Part shown: piece by piece, positions 39,001 to 53,482 of the stretch | Layout: each line of letters begins with the position of its first letter | Position numbering within the stretch: the stretch's first letter is position 1 | Source of the DNA: Bispira polyomma | Taxonomy: Eukaryota | DNA: 64,000 nt | Direction: 5' to 3' | Assembly: GCA_965649765.1 (NCBI GenBank) | Contig: OZ287755.1 | Span: 3,720,001-3,784,000, forward strand | The notes under the pieces: generated by a model | The model's database searches: none | Told to the model about the DNA's origin: nothing | What the model saw: only the letters and a program-made list of their open reading frames with translations | Made by a program: the position numbers and the translations under genes

Positions 39001-39212
39001 GAGGCCACAGTTGTCTCGTGGTTAGAAGCACCTGTTTTACAGCAATATGGGTTCAAACTGTGATTGTTCCTTCATGTGAGAAGGTTTGCCAGGTACTTGC
39101 GATAGATTGATGGTTTACAGTGCATCAGCACTGGTTTCTTCAACCAATGAATCTGGCCAATGTGATATGATCTAAGCTGTTGAAAGTGACACAAACCCAA
39201 ACTCAATTCAAA
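39001..39212 (+). mobile_element. tRNA-derived SINE (second family; related copies ~41750-41915 +, ~45045-45250 -, ~61775-61960 +)
   Basis: A/B-box remnants (gtggttag, gggttcaaa), atgtgagaaggtttgccagg body, aagctgttgaaagtg tail. Confidence 0.65.
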
Positions 39213-40280
39213 TACAGAGACCCAACACAACATGTTCTTTGAGAGATATCAAAAAATGACTCAACGCAGATAGTTTTGCTATACGGTAACAGTAATGTGT
39301 TTTTAAAGACATTGAACTGTGGGTCATCAGCATATTATCGATACAATACCTTGAAAATATTATTGTACTAATTCAACAATTCTACCAGATGACGTGGATA
39401 TGAAAATAGGAAAAACAGTAAAAGGAAACAGAGACAAAGTTGTGATGTGTAAAGCCAACAGTGCCATGTTATCCAGTTTAGTTTTAGTTTAATGAGAGGT
39501 CCTGGGACTAAATGCTGGGGTATCGCATAGAGAAAAACAAAGTTGAACCATGTATTGACCATGTATTGACTATTAACCTAGTCGATACTATCAAAAATCC
39601 ATGTTTCACAACCTTTGATGAGGAGCCTACTGCTACTACAATCATCACATACTGTTTTAAATATTTATGACAAGGTATTAGAAAACAAAAACATTTGCTA
39701 ATACGTTTATTGCATTTACATTTGACATCCAACTCACATTGTAAGACAAAGAAAAACTCTATTTACATCAAGGGAGGATTACATGGGTGTATATACACAT
39801 ATATGTAGAGATAACTAGGTCTATACAATATCACATCACACGGATCAGAAGAATGAAAGAGATGTCTACAATGGTTGTCTTCATTATCAATGCGAATGCT
39901 GAAAAACATGCATATTCAGGCAAATATTAAACAAGATGTTCTTAAATGAATTAAAAATCAAACTTAACCAAAAACGTAATTACACATATGTTAAAATTGA
40001 TGTTTAATTTATTTTCAAGGCTATACTGCATAATTAATGTTACACTTCAATGCTTAATTTATTTTCAAGGCTACACTGCCTAATTAATATAGCTGTGCTG
40101 CATACCTTTGTATCATTAGATTATTTTGACAAGTAAAATGGTAAATGTGCTAAATGACAGTAATCTATGTGTGTCTGTGATACACAAGAACATGTCAGCT
40201 ACCAGCTACTATTTACTCTTCAAGGCGTCCCTTCTGCATGTGAACAATCTCAATGTATCTCACCTGTTGCTGTGGTTTGC

Positions 40281-40375
40281 TTAGCAGCCACATCCACGAT
40301 AACTATGGCCATAACCATGGTTATATCCTTCATGACTGTGGTCAGGAAGGCCTGGTGGGGGAGGGCAGCAGCAGA
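40281..40375 (-). CDS. vWA gene last coding exon (CCCPPPPGLPDHSHEGYNHGYGHSYRGCGC*)
   Basis: Acceptor tttag, phase 1 matches upstream exon. Confidence 0.75.
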
Positions 40376-40811
40376 CTAAAGAAACCACAAGTTAGTCCTT
40401 GTTTTTTTTAAACTGTCTTTGAAAGGCAGTTAGTTTTTGGGCCTTAATGATAAACGATGGACATGATATACTGTATAGGTTTATATGAATTCATACGTGC
40501 ATTTATTTAACTTTAATATGAAATGACTTGGTACTCTAGGAATGATCAGTTACAGCATAATCAGTAAAAATGTCAGAACCACCTAATTATATTCAAGGCC
40601 ACTAGTTTGTACTTAGCTCAGGGGCGGATCACTCGGCACAGATCAATGTGTCTGGGATTGTTTTCTACTTCTGAATGTGTCAATTACATCTAACAATTAT
40701 TCAAACTTCAGTATGCCACGTCCATTGATTGCTTCATTAAAAATTAGTATTTCCCAGAAATTGTTCAGCCAACCTAGATCTCTTCTACAGTAACAAGATG
40801 CACAGACTCAC

Positions 40812-40980
40812 AGCATTCCTCAATGATGACTGGTGGCATGGTAGGTCTGGAGGCAGCAGTTGTTAAAGTGTAAGGCGGTGGTGGGGTAGTGGTAGAAGTC
40901 GATGTAGAGGTGGTGGAGGACGTTGTAGGAATTTGGGTTGTCATGTGTGCCTTAGTTTTTCGCAGGGCATGGCAGATCCT
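40812..40980 (-). CDS. vWA gene exon, Thr/Pro-rich (RICHALRK..TTSSTTSTSTSTTTPPPP..EEC)
   Basis: Open frame, ag/gtgagt, phase-consistent. Confidence 0.8.
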
Positions 40981-42397
40981 CTACAATTCACAATAAAACA
41001 ACAAGACAGCTGATTGTGTGTACATGATTCTAACTTTGGCAAAACAATTGAGTAGTTAAGTGATTCATGAAATAAATCGTTGCCTCCAAAATTATATTGA
41101 ATAAGTTGTCCACAGGAATCCTATCAGAATGTGATGCTGTCATTCCATATTCAGAGACATTATTCATTGAGTGTTGATGACTGTGTAATTTTGACATCTA
41201 TGATTTACATTCTGGTTTAAACCATCAACAAAACCTTCTTCAATAAATCTTACACCCTGTACACTTTGTGGTGTTCATGTGTTGTATTTCTTGTGTGTGT
41301 ACATATTACGCCTATAAAACATGCTGAACAACCATTTGTTTTTTAGCGAATAATGATGTTTTTTAATTACTCTGATAACAATTAACTTCTACTGCTAGGC
41401 AATAGCTACAATATTTGAAAATTATAGTATAGTGGTATCCACACCAATTACCTTGAGATGGACTTATTGTGCCTGGATCAATTACCTGTCACATTTTCTC
41501 AGTAAACTATTTTTACTAAACTTGTGTGACATCTACTAAAATACCTTAACTTCATTTAATACAGACAATATATGAAACTTATGACAAAATGTACAGGCCT
41601 CGGGTACTTCATGCACTACTGAAGGTGATTTAAGTGACCTAAAGACTAAACAAATTATTATCACGGAATAAACAATACTGAGTTTATTCTCTAGCACAAG
41701 CTTATTCAAGGTAAACTGGGACTCTTAAAAAGTAAAGGTTCAATAGTTAGGTGCATTGGTGGTCCAGTGGTAAGAAATGTCTGTTTCCTTCCAGTGGGAA
41801 AGTTTTTAAGGTAACTTGCCACAGGTCAGTGGTTTAGGTTTTGTCACTGGTTTGTTCCAACATTGAATCAGGCTGCTGTAATATGACATAAGCTGTTGAA
41901 AACTAAATTAAGCTAAATTCTATAGTTAAGTGACCAATAGTTAAGTGGACATGGACAGACCACTTGGGCATGTGTATAATGTTCATGCTTTTTTTCGTGA
42001 TACCCAAAATGTTGCCCTGATTAGTATTAAAGTAAAATATTTAATGAATATGTTAATCCCTAATTGAAAAAGTTGAATCTGACACTCAGATAGCAGTAAA
42101 TATGCCACATCTTATATGCAAAGTAAACAACAAGGTATTTAATACCTAGGTGACTGTGACTGTGTTAATATTTTAATGAATATATAAGTTTTAGTTTATT
42201 CGTTTATTTCTGTCACTAGAACATATTAACAGAACAATAGTTTCCAGCCCATATGGGCTTATTAGTGACAATTAGCATGTACTTTTTTTTCAAGAGATTG
42301 TAAAGATGAATGTGAAATTGATTCGATACTATTTTACCATAAATACAGTTTTAGCGGTTCAATAAATATACATATTATGTTAGTGACAATATATGTG

Positions 42398-42541
42398 NNN
42401 NNNNNNNNNNNNNNNNNNNNNNNNNNNNNNNNNNNNNNNNNNNNNNNNNNNNNNNNNNNNNNNNNNNNNNNNNNNNNNNNNNNNNNNNNNNNNNNNNNNN
42501 NNNNNNNNNNNNNNNNNNNNNNNNNNNNNNNNNNNNNNNNN
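42398..42541. other. Assembly gap (144 N)
   Basis: Run of n. Confidence 1.
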
Positions 42542-42816
42542 ATTGTTATGGGGGTGTTGCTTTGGGGATGTATACCCTGAAAACATCAAGCTCACGCCAC
42601 ACTCAAACTCAACTTGAAGAAGTCCAGTTTTCTAGATACATTGCTAAATGATCTATAGGTTTTATCTGTGTAGATATATAGAGCTAAAGACTGTGTTCAA
42701 GTATGGCTGAAGTACAACATATAGTGTGTGTGTGGGCATGGACACGATAAGAGAAACAAGTCCAGCATGGGTTTGAGCTTTAGTTTTGGAGTATAGAGAC
42801 CTTTTTGTTTACTTAC

Positions 42817-42958
42817 GAATTGCAGTTCTGAGCTTATTTGTAGAATTGTATGAAGGTCATCCACCTCAAATATGGCTGGTATGTCATTACCAAGTGTAGA
42901 TGCAATAGCAAGAAGTCCCAGTTTGTCAATGTTATTTGTAACACCAATGGCAAAGACT
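42817..42958 (-). CDS. vWA domain exon (VFAIGVTNNIDKLGLLAIAS..)
   Basis: vWA beta-E motif, phase-consistent splice sites. Confidence 0.88.
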
Positions 42959-43221
42959 CTACAGAAACAACATTATAATGACATAGCTTACAGTGTACTC
43001 TACATGCAGATGATGATGTTTATTATCTGTGGCGGGTTTTCAGTCACCAAATGTATAAATGAAATAACTTCATGTTTGAGGGGGGAATATAAATGTCAAT
43101 TATTTTGAAAAATAAAAAGTTTATATAAAAATTATATAATGACAAACCACACGAGTTACTCATTTTATGTTGTCCCAGAGCGCATACATATGTTGCAAAT
43201 GTTGTAATGGCCCAGAAAGAT

Positions 43222-44366
43222 AAAGCCTGGTCACACCTACACGTGCTAGAGCTACGTGTGTGTGCTGTTTTGAACTGTTTTGAAACATAATATATACACA
43301 GTAGAAGGTAATGTAAAAGTCAGGATCACTGCTGCTTTTGTTCCGTGGCGTTGCTTAACGGATCATATTGTTCCAGAAATGTCTCTGTTTGGTCCTCTGC
43401 CACGATTAATTCAAACTGTTTGAAATAATCATGGCAGTGCTCTCCGTTTCTAGAGAGCTTCTCCACTCGAGTATACGTAGCACAACATAATGTAGCAGTA
43501 AATAGTAGTAGGTAGTACCCCATCTGTATTCGTTGTGGAATGTTTCACCAATGTCCTGGTCACACCTACACATTCTAGAGCTACGGTTGTGTCATGTTGT
43601 GTGAATTTAGGAAACATTTTGAAACGTAGTAGGAAGTGAGTATCCCTTCTGTGATCATTTCTTTACGTTTTGAGACGTTTTACGATGGATGATATCATTC
43701 CAGAAACGTCTCTATTTCGTCTTTTTCACGTTGTGTTTTAAACCGTTTAAAACACTACAGAAACAGCTCCCGTTTGTCCCTGTTTCTCTGTTCGTCCCCA
43801 AACGTTTCCGAAAGTAGCATAAAAGTATCGGTAAGTAGCTATATGTAGTAGTAGGTAGCGAGGAAGTCCCAGAAAGTAGTGAGATCGTCTTTGTTAGTCG
43901 AGAAAGTTTCACTAAGTAGCAGAAGGCAGCAGAACGCAGCCGTAAGTAGCAGTACATTAGCTCTATGTAGTAGTAGGTAGTGATATCCTACCGGTAAAGG
44001 GTCCGTTTTTTGCCCCCTCTTCGTGTGTACAAGTACAAATATCGTCACAAAAATGTCATAATCAACTACTCCTTTATGGAAATGACATCACTTTGACACA
44101 ATACTACCACCTCTTTAAGTGTATATTGCTTAGGTACGTTAGGGGGACGTTAGCACGTGTAGGTGTGACCAGGCCATTAGTAGCAGAATGCAGCAGTTAG
44201 TAGCAGTACAGTAGCTCTACACAGTAGTAGTTAGTGATATCCTACCAGTAACGTCACTCCACCTTTATGAAAATGACTTCACTTTAACATGAAACTACCA
44301 CATTTTCAGTTGATATGGCTTTGCTATGTTTTTGGACATGAGCACATGTATGTGCGACCAGGCCAT
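43222..44366. mobile_element. Nested/tandem PIF/Harbinger-type non-autonomous elements
   Basis: Left TIRs cctggtcacacctacac at ~43226 and ~43555; right TIRs gtgtgaccaggcca-tta at ~44176 and ~44366. Confidence 0.75.
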
Positions 44367-44877
44367 TACCCACATCACTAAAAAGCCAGTTTTACCAGTA
44401 AGGTCTTTCAGTACGACCTGCCACATGTTACACCATTATTATTCAGTTTTTAAAATGCACTCATTGAGTTGGATATTATATAACGTACCCATACTATAAC
44501 AATGTAAATGATTCTACCTGTTTTCGGGTCAACTGTTATGTCAACAATATGCTACCATTTGCAATATATTTACATTATTGTGTATTTAGTATTTAGCAAA
44601 AACAAAGTTTCATTTATTCAGAATCATATGCAAACTACAAAAAAACAGTGAAATTTAAGTCCTATACCTTTTTACACATATGAATCGAGGAACAAAATTT
44701 TCACCACTGAAAAATAATATACAAATGTTAAAGTATAGAGTTAACTTCTGTATTAATTTTGTCACATTTCATGACAACCTGCAGAACATACAGAAAGTGT
44801 ATAACCCTTTGTTTACACATGTACGTACTACCTTTGTCGCATTGATATGGTTTATTTTGAACAAATATAGCACTTAC

Positions 44878-44976
44878 AAAGCGATATTTTTCAGCTCATC
44901 AGTCCTCTGTATGAAGTTAAGTGAATAACTACTCCGTCCATTAGAGATCACAATGGCGACATTTGGTACATCCGGG
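44878..44976 (-). CDS. vWA domain exon (PDVPNVAIVISNGRS..)
   Basis: vWA beta-D motif, phase 2/2. Confidence 0.85.
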
Positions 44977-45842
44977 CTGTAGAAAAAAGAATAACAGTCA
45001 AGCTTGTTTTGGGGGATCATAGTTACAGAAGAAGAGAACTTGCCTTGAATTTAGTTTTTGGGTTGGTATTGACATCACTTTTAACAGCTTTGGTCATATC
45101 TCGACAGCCAAATTTTGAATGGTAAAATATAGCAGTGTTGAGTCACTGTAAACCACTGACCTAGGCTAAGGAGGAAAAGGAAAGAACAGGATTCAAACCC
45201 ACATGGTGAGATGCCAGTGATTATGAAGCAGGCACTTCTAACCATAGTCCTTATATATATATTAAGGAACCATCCAAAGTGAAATTATACATAATACTAT
45301 GTTATCACATCCTTAACATTTTACGGCAATTTTCCATAAAGTAATTAAGTGCAGCTGTTGATTCTAGTGGTTCGAAGAATTTATATATAATAGTCACTCC
45401 CCTGTTATCTCTAAGAACAGGGATGCAAATTCCTGTTTTTGTATAAGTGTAGGGGGTATATAGTAGGGGGGGGGGGGGGTACAAACAATAAAAAAAGTAT
45501 ATCCAAATCATAGAAGAACCTAAGCATTGCCTTCTCTTGGAATGCCATAATCATATTCATGGTGGGTCAATGCTATTTTGGCATATTAAACTATTTATGG
45601 CACATGATATTTATGCTCAGTATTATACAATTGATCTTGACAATTTAGACCGTTTATCGCCATAAGATTTATAGTTGAATGTCATTTCATACTGAAACAG
45701 AAATAAATTGAAATTGTGAATGTTGGTAATGGCAATTTGTGCTGAATAATTATAAGTGTCAAAATAGCATAAAACTTTGTTACATTGAATACGTTCAAAT
45801 TAAATTGTTTTAACTTGAATGAACACTGAATATTCCACATAC

Positions 45843-46024
45843 TCATTATTTGGTCCTTCAAACACTTCAACCCTGCCTTTCAGAAGACCTTCAGGGATGT
45901 TGGTATAGCCACCCTCTAAAGGTATTTTGTTGATGGCATTAACCAGGGATACCTCATCACTGTTATCAGAGCAGGGAAAGTTAATATGTGTTGTTGCATT
46001 GTTGGAAAATGTGACTACACCAAC
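45843..46024 (-). CDS. vWA domain exon (VGVVTFSN..AINKIPLEGGYTNIPEGL..)
   Basis: vWA beta-B and GGxTN motifs. Confidence 0.9.
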
Positions 46025-47442
46025 CTAAGTAAGAAAACGTTGGCAAATGTTGTCAGACTATGGTTGAATTAGTATTCAGTGTAAAGTTTTGAACAACCCT
46101 CTCATGATATATATGTCACAATAATTATGCGTAATCAGTAAATATGCGTAATCAGTAAATGGGTAAATCTAATGAAATTTTCTGTAAATACGCGTAATCT
46201 TAGAAATAACAAACATGTGTAATATGAATTTTCATTCATGATTAATATACATTACAATATATATATTAATGTATATAGAGTTGTGGAAGTGCAGATGGCA
46301 GTATCTTTGAAAAGGTAATGTTTATTATAATTTTGTAATCAATATTTACATGATAATCATTTATATAAATTAGAATGACATATATGTATCAGGCTCACTC
46401 ATGTTATATTGCTCATGTTGGTCCTTTAATATAGGAGTATACACCAAACTTTATATGATTTAATAATTTAAATGTATTTCATAAGAGATCTCATCACTCT
46501 TTATTTTAAAAGGCACTTTCGAAAAAAAAAATTTTGTTGTTAGCTAAACGTAAAATTTGGTAGAATATAAATATCACAAGTTTCTAAAATTAAGAAATAA
46601 ATACCAATCTTTAATTGAGTTTAATTAAATGTCTTTCTGAAGAGATCTCACTACTCTAAATTTGAAGATTAATATTATTATTATTTTTGGGAGTAAACAT
46701 TTCCTTTGATATTATTAACTGAAAAAGTTAAGTGTGGCTTCTTCATCATGTAAATATTATCAAAGTTTGAAAATGCCTATTTATGTATAATTACTATAAC
46801 ATATATATATTACATAAAATAAGCACGTAAAAAAAACAATCCATAATTGACTTTTACCATGTATCTTTGGAATTTACTAGTAACTCACAACTTTTTGCCT
46901 TTCTGAAATGCTGGCTCAGCCAATTACATCTACTAGGCCTAGCTAGATAATATATTTGCTATCAAGAGTGTGTTAATATGTCATCAACATCCTGCATAAA
47001 AATAATTTTGTCTGAGGACAATAAAAATTAAATGTGCAATTGATTGTACTAAAATGATTTATGGATGTACATAATTCTAACAAGACCAGCTATGTAGAGA
47101 GTGTATTCTTGACTATGTACATACTATTATCTGAGACCACAATGCATTGGGGGACATTTATTGAAACATTACTACAGCATGAGAAAGTAAACTGAGTCAA
47201 ACTGGATGATGGCATGGTGAGTTTGAAGAATTCAGATAACTCCATCTGTCGTACAATATTACCATATAATAGATGCAGTGCACATCTTGCAATAATTGCA
47301 AAAAGCTTCAGCGCTTTAATGTGACTGAATTATTACAAATTTAATGATATTTTATCATTGTTGCACTGTTGCAAGTTATGGGATTATCTATATATAAAAA
47401 GGCTGGTTTGATGCAAACAATGTACTGTGCATCAACAAGTAC

Positions 47443-47576
47443 CTGTACATTATCTCGTCCAATTCGAAAGGCACTTACGACATCACCTACAAATTGTAGG
47501 ATCAGAGGCCAGTCCTCATCACCAATAGAGTCACTCGATTCAATGATGAAACAGAGCTGAAGACGAAATTTGCAGA
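47443..47576 (-). CDS. vWA domain first exon (CKFRLQLCFIIESSDSIG..FRIGRDNVQ)
   Basis: DxSxS-like motif, splice phases fit. Confidence 0.88.
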
Positions 47577-48322
47577 CTGAAATAAAAAACATTTTTTTTC
47601 CAATGTTATATGTAAGAAAAGGTTCATTCCTGGGATGACGACTCTCATAAAGAGACCACTACTACTTTAACATCATTTTGAATCCCCCCCATTAAATTTT
47701 CGTAAGCTAACAGGTTATAGAAATACCACTACTAAGTTGTGAGCAAGAAAAAGTAGAAGAAAAGTATTAATTTTTTGTCATTCATTGTATATAAAAGGCT
47801 TTCATGGTCGGTAATTTGGAATATATCTTTTTCAGTTTCAATTATTCTTATGGAATTGCTTAGAAAATAAGCTGTTAATGTCATAGCTAAAAAGATAACA
47901 GTGTGGTAACAGCTTACCTAAATATGATATTATCAATATGTATATTCATTAGTTCATTTGTGCATTGCGCGTGGGGGATGTAGAGACATACTTCACCATG
48001 TATTAAGTATCATACCAAGTATGTGTGACTTATACTTACTGCCTATCAACTATGTGTGGCACCACTGATTCAAAAAAAGTAAACCAAAACCCCAGAAATT
48101 CCTGCCATAGAAACAGGAAGAAACACAAGAATTCATTTTCACTATTGGCCTTTATTTTTTTTTTACTTGGATGACAAACAGAATTTAACTTGGTTCTTGG
48201 AATAGAAATTTTATATTTAGTTAATATATGTTATTTCATTTTACAGAATGCCAGTTTATAGTTTTGTTGCCGCTTGTGAGTGTCTGTGTCTCTGTAGGCA
48301 AAGTATCACAAACCAACTGTAC

Positions 48323-48548
48323 CTGGTACATATGGAATGGTGGTTGTGCTAGTAGTACTTGTACTGGTGGTGGTACTCGTGCTGGTACTGGTACTAGTAC
48401 AGGTACTGGTACTAGTGCTGGTAGTGGGCTCAGGCGGGATGATCTCTGTGGTAATGCAATGACAACAACAGGGCTTGGGGACAACAGCCACACATCCCTT
48501 CCACCTGGTTCATGGGGTCATGGTATCCGAGGGCTTCCTGGAGAACAG
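48323..48548 (-). CDS. vWA gene exon: Cys cluster + Thr/Ser-rich linker; apparent +1 frameshift in a C run near 48478
   Basis: ..VEGMCGCCP/KPCCCHCITTEIIPPEPTTSTSTST..PYVP; phase-1 donor joins 47576. Confidence 0.7.
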
Positions 48549-49961
48549 CTGTAATTACGGCACATATAACCTTTCTTATCAGACAAAATTCTATTTGATG
48601 AATTGACTTTCCTTCATTAAAATGTTCATAACCCGATAGTTTTAAGCTAGAATGCATCTTCTGTTTTTTGTCCAGTATGGTCATATTGCAGGGAACGCAC
48701 ATATAAGATCAGAGAAACCAGCAGCCAATGGCACAAGACAACCTACTTCCCATGAGGAACCCGTGGCATTCAAACCACTGTCTTCACAGGTAAGAGGTGA
48801 GTGCTTGTAAAGCAAAGGATTCTAGCCACTATGTCAATGAGTGACCACGAACACTGTCTGAAACCTGTATTAAATATTGCGCTCTTAAATTCACTTTTGA
48901 AAGTAGTAGTCCTTACTACGTCACACACAAATGAGGCCACAGAAACAGTGTAAACAAAAAAAATAGACAATTGTTACCATAGAGAAATAGCTTCAAACTC
49001 GTGTTTGTAAGTCACTAAAAATCAAGTTTTATATTATGTTGCTTAAGAATCATAGTTTATGTTAACGACACTTTTGATAAACTTTCTGTCTGAAATAAAT
49101 GAGGATACTTTTTGTATACATATTCACGGGCTTCGGTGTATAGTTAACAAAATCCCCTGATATGTATTCTCCTCTGTATGCTCCGTATACGCAGTCAAGG
49201 AAATAATTATAAAAACCCCACGTACATGAAATTTATCTATAATATATCTGACACTTCTACAATACTTTGATTGAAATATCAATTATATCAATATTTTAGC
49301 AATACACATTTTTTCACTCACCCAAGCAACAATGCCTCCAATCAAATAAGAGCGCTTCATTTTATAAAACATCAAAATAATATCAGTGTGGAATGCTTGT
49401 TTTTACAGTGGTCTCCCATGAACTAGCGGTCAAGGAGTTGGTCCCAGTTGTTTCGTAATGTTGGCTGGAGGACAACATACTTAGGCAGCTGATGCCTACC
49501 AATGATATGTTGTAGGGCTATCCTTTCTCAGAGAATGAGTTCCTTAGAGAAAGATATATCCATTTGGTCTTACATTAATGCTTCCGATTTAAAATAGAAT
49601 ATAATACCCCAAATTTTTAATGCAGTAGTATTTTCTAAGCCTATGCTTCCATATATTCACCAGGCTCTATTTTCATTCACCAGGCTTGTTTTAGAAGATG
49701 CAGAGACATCATCAAAAGCCCAACAGTAGAATCAATCAACCAAGATTGAGCAATTGTTGAAGCTCTAGATCCTGCACTTTTGGTAGGTTTTACCGAGAAA
49801 ACAGAAAAAGATTATGCATGAAATATATGTTATTATAACCCAATATTGCGTATAAAGATATATATTACAAAACTGCAACATTTCAGTTTAGTCTATTTAC
49901 ATGTAAAATGCTAATTATAATGGTATCCAACTTTGTACAGCAAAACCTCTTTAGGGTCCTG

Positions 49962-50617
49962 GGGCCGTATTCACAAAGAAGATCAACCCAGGATCAAGAT
50001 CTGCTCAAAAAAATGAGTCAGCTGATCTTTGCATCAAATCAGTATTCACAAAGCAAGGATCAGCTGAGTCAAAAATTAGATAATTTTTAATAACAAAAAC
50101 ACATGTTTAAGTTTTTTATACATATTAAACAGCTGTAATATAAATAAATTTCCATTTAAATTCTATTTTTATGCATTAGGTTAATTATTGTAAGCAAAAG
50201 AATATTTTAAATATTTTTTGTTCTAATCCCAAAACTTAAGCTCCGCCCACTTTTGATCCTTAAAAAATACACAAAACATAGCCTCTTTTCACAACAATTT
50301 AAACCAACATAGAACTGTAAATAGTTACTCTTAAATGACATATGTGAAGTTAATGAATCATAGATAATTTATCAAGGATTTATTTTATAAAAGCATTGTT
50401 AGTTTGTATATTACAAAGCTCCAAACTTTGATCCAAATCTTGATCCACCTGAATAGATGGATCAAAGTTAAGCCAAAAGATGAGCCAAAAAACCAGCTCA
50501 ACTTTTTAGTGAATGCCAATTTGATCTGATCCAAAAATTTGAGCTGATTTTTGGCTCAGCTAATTTTTGGCTCAACTTGAGCTGATTTTTCATTGATTCC
50601 TTTTGTGAATACGGCCT
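49962..50617. mobile_element. PIF/Harbinger-type MITE
   Basis: TIRs gggccgtattcacaaa / tttgtgaatacggcct, CTG duplicated on both sides. Confidence 0.85.
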
Positions 50618-52699
50618 CTGCTTCGTCAGTTCCACACATCTACCATATTTATTCTTTTTAAAACTATTATTGTTCACATAACCATAACAATCAATAACCA
50701 GTCACTATTTAGACCCCTCGTAATTCGCTAGTGTGTACCTGCATCCCTGCCCCATTTTGAATGCAGTAGCCTAAGTACACACTGTAAAAAAACGAATTTA
50801 CTCCACTGTCCCTTTTAATTCCTCCATTCCTCCAGGTATTACTATAAAGGTGCTACTCATCACTACTACAGATATCTGATTATGTACTACCTACAGCCAT
50901 ATGCAACTGTGATTCATATATAAACAACCTTCATTTTAGAGTCCTCTTTTACTGTTAAATTATTGTATTATTATACTTTTAATTGCTAGTTATATGGTTA
51001 ATTACAGTGTATTTAAGTGTTCAAAATTTTAACAGGGCTAGTCTGTTACTAGCTATATGTTACTTGCTAGTCAATTTAGTGTCTGTATTTATACCAGGCT
51101 AGTCCAAAAATTCTATATTTCTTAGTATTTTATGTCCGCTTTAGTGGGCTTTATGATTGTTTCATTTAACGGTGGGGTTATTTTAAATTTCTAATATCTT
51201 ACAATTGTAACCTACTTGTGTTACTACAAATTGTAATACTGTACATATTACTAATCTTGTAAAAAAGAAAAGTAGTATAGGAAGCTGAGAACCCCCCCCC
51301 CCCCCCCCCCCCCTCCTCCAGACATGCTACATAGGGGCAGAAAGTGACGTCATACGCATGTTGGTGCACCGGAAGTGACGTAATGTGTTTTTTGGCGCAT
51401 TTTGCGCCTTTTTGGCGCATGCAAATGAGATGGTTGACGCTGATTTTGGGTGTTAGAAAGCTAGTGATCTTTAATTTGATATAAAGTATGACCTTGTGGT
51501 GTACATAGTCACTGAGCTATTGCCGTTTAAATAACATCTTGAATTTTTCAATTTTGTGTAAAAAACATGTTGCAAGCTTTGTGAAGCCAAATAGGCTGTG
51601 TAACGTATAACATATCTCCAAGACTACTTGATGGATTTGAATACAATCAAAAGCACTCAAAAGCACTTTATCTGGGGTTTAAAATGATTTAAATTATATA
51701 TGTTGAGGTAACATACTCACTAACCGTTTACAAATATGTTATATTTCCTAAGTTCCTATTTATTTGTTAAAACATGCAAAAAAATACCTTAACGTAAATA
51801 TATCTCCCATACGACTGGATGGATTTTAATGAAATCAAAAGCATTCAAAAGCACTGAATCTGAACTTTAAAATGGTATGAATTATATGTTTGTAACTTAT
51901 ATAATAACAGAGATATTTCCGTTTAAATATAGGTTATATTTTGTGAATTATTTCTAAATTTGTAGGACATGACATTAACACATCAATATGACGTCAGTGC
52001 TATGCTATTGTGACGTCACAATGATAGTCATTGTGATGTCACAATTGTGAATACTGTCAAAAACACATAAAGGAACAAATCACACAGGAAGTGATAAAGA
52101 AAGCGTGGCTTGGCCAAAACCGTGACCAAAACTGGGTGACCTCACTGTGGTTGCTATGGAAATGTACCAAAAGGGTGTAAATTAGTTTTGACTAAATAAA
52201 TTATTCTTGTCCATATTCTAAAATGGTAGGCTGCGCAACGCCCGTAAGGACGTCTTTTGCGCAATGTATAACTTCTGTTTAAAACACCGTAGATAAAGTG
52301 TGGCTGTTCCATCCTCGTGAGTTAGTCCCTAACCGTACAAAAATTTCGGCTGGTAATCGAATTTTTGTAAATGTGTACGATTTCGGACACCGGTAAAATG
52401 CGCGAATATTAATATCGTCTGCATTACGTACGTACTAACTAAAGATTATTATGTCCTACCTTATAAGTATGTTTTCCCACAAAATTTTGAAGGGGTTTTG
52501 TTTTGCGACCCAGTTTTCATGTGTGTTTATATGATGGAACAGCCATAACAATGGGACCGTGGCTTGTACATTTTAGGTAAGAAATCTCTGTTAGTTTATA
52601 ACATTAATGGTTTACCATTTTAGAATAGGAATAAAAAACGTAAACTCGTGCTTTCGGGCTTCGTGCATTAAATCTACCCCATCGATCGTTTAAAATGCC

Positions 52700-53255
52700 C
52701 ATAAAGCACTCGTTTGCATTTTTTATTCCTATATTAAAAAACTGTAATATTGAAACCATATAATGTGTATTCAAGCTGATTGTTCTCTGGTATTTACTTT
52801 GGTTAAACACATTTTGAATCACCGCAATGACAGAAATGTTGCGGTCATGACTGCCTTTGGTAAACAACTCAGTCACTTCATTTTCCAAGCGATCCATCAT
52901 GTCATCTAAAATGAGCAAGTAAAATTCTAATTGCTCAACATCTGGCAGTCCTTGATGAAATTCTACATTTTTCATCGTTGTATAGAGAGGTTGCCATTGT
53001 GTATAACTCCAAATAACCTTTGATCTTTTTATCTCTAGCTTGCAATAACATTTTCAAAAATGTGGTTTTACCACCTCCTGTTGGGCCGGCCACCAAACAT
53101 GTAAATGGATGTTTCATTTTAGGTAGGGCTACCACAGTATTGCCATCTTGATCTACTCTAGGTACTGGATATGTATCTCTTGGTCTGATCTGCTGTTGTG
53201 GTGGTAACATTGTCAGACCTTGAAAATGCTTTGAGCATATAGGACACTGAACCAT
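52700..53255 (-). pseudogene. Maverick packaging ATPase
   Basis: HPFTCLVAGPTGGGKT (Walker A), LLILDDMM (Walker B), LFTKGSH.RNISVI..QN.F, RTISLNTHY. Confidence 0.92.
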
Positions 53256-53317
53256 CTTTACAGTTGAGTGTCTGATGAACGAATGAGCGTTTCACTAAAA
53301 TGTTTCATTTAATATAC

Positions 53318-53482
53318 ACTCCCCCTCCTCCTCCCTCTTCCCCCCTCCTCCTCCCCTCCTCCTCCCTCTTCCCCCCTCATCCTCCCCTCCTCCTCTCTCT
53401 TTCCCCTTCATCCTCCCCTCCTCCCTTACTCCACTCCCCCCCCTCCTCGGCCTCTTGGTCCTCTTCTCCCTCCTCCCCCTTG
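53318..53482. repeat. Polypyrimidine (CCT/CCCCT) tract
   Basis: ~165 bp almost purely C/T. Confidence 0.85.

Noticed and set aside
42377-42617. ORFs spanning the N run
   Set aside because: Assembly gap artefact
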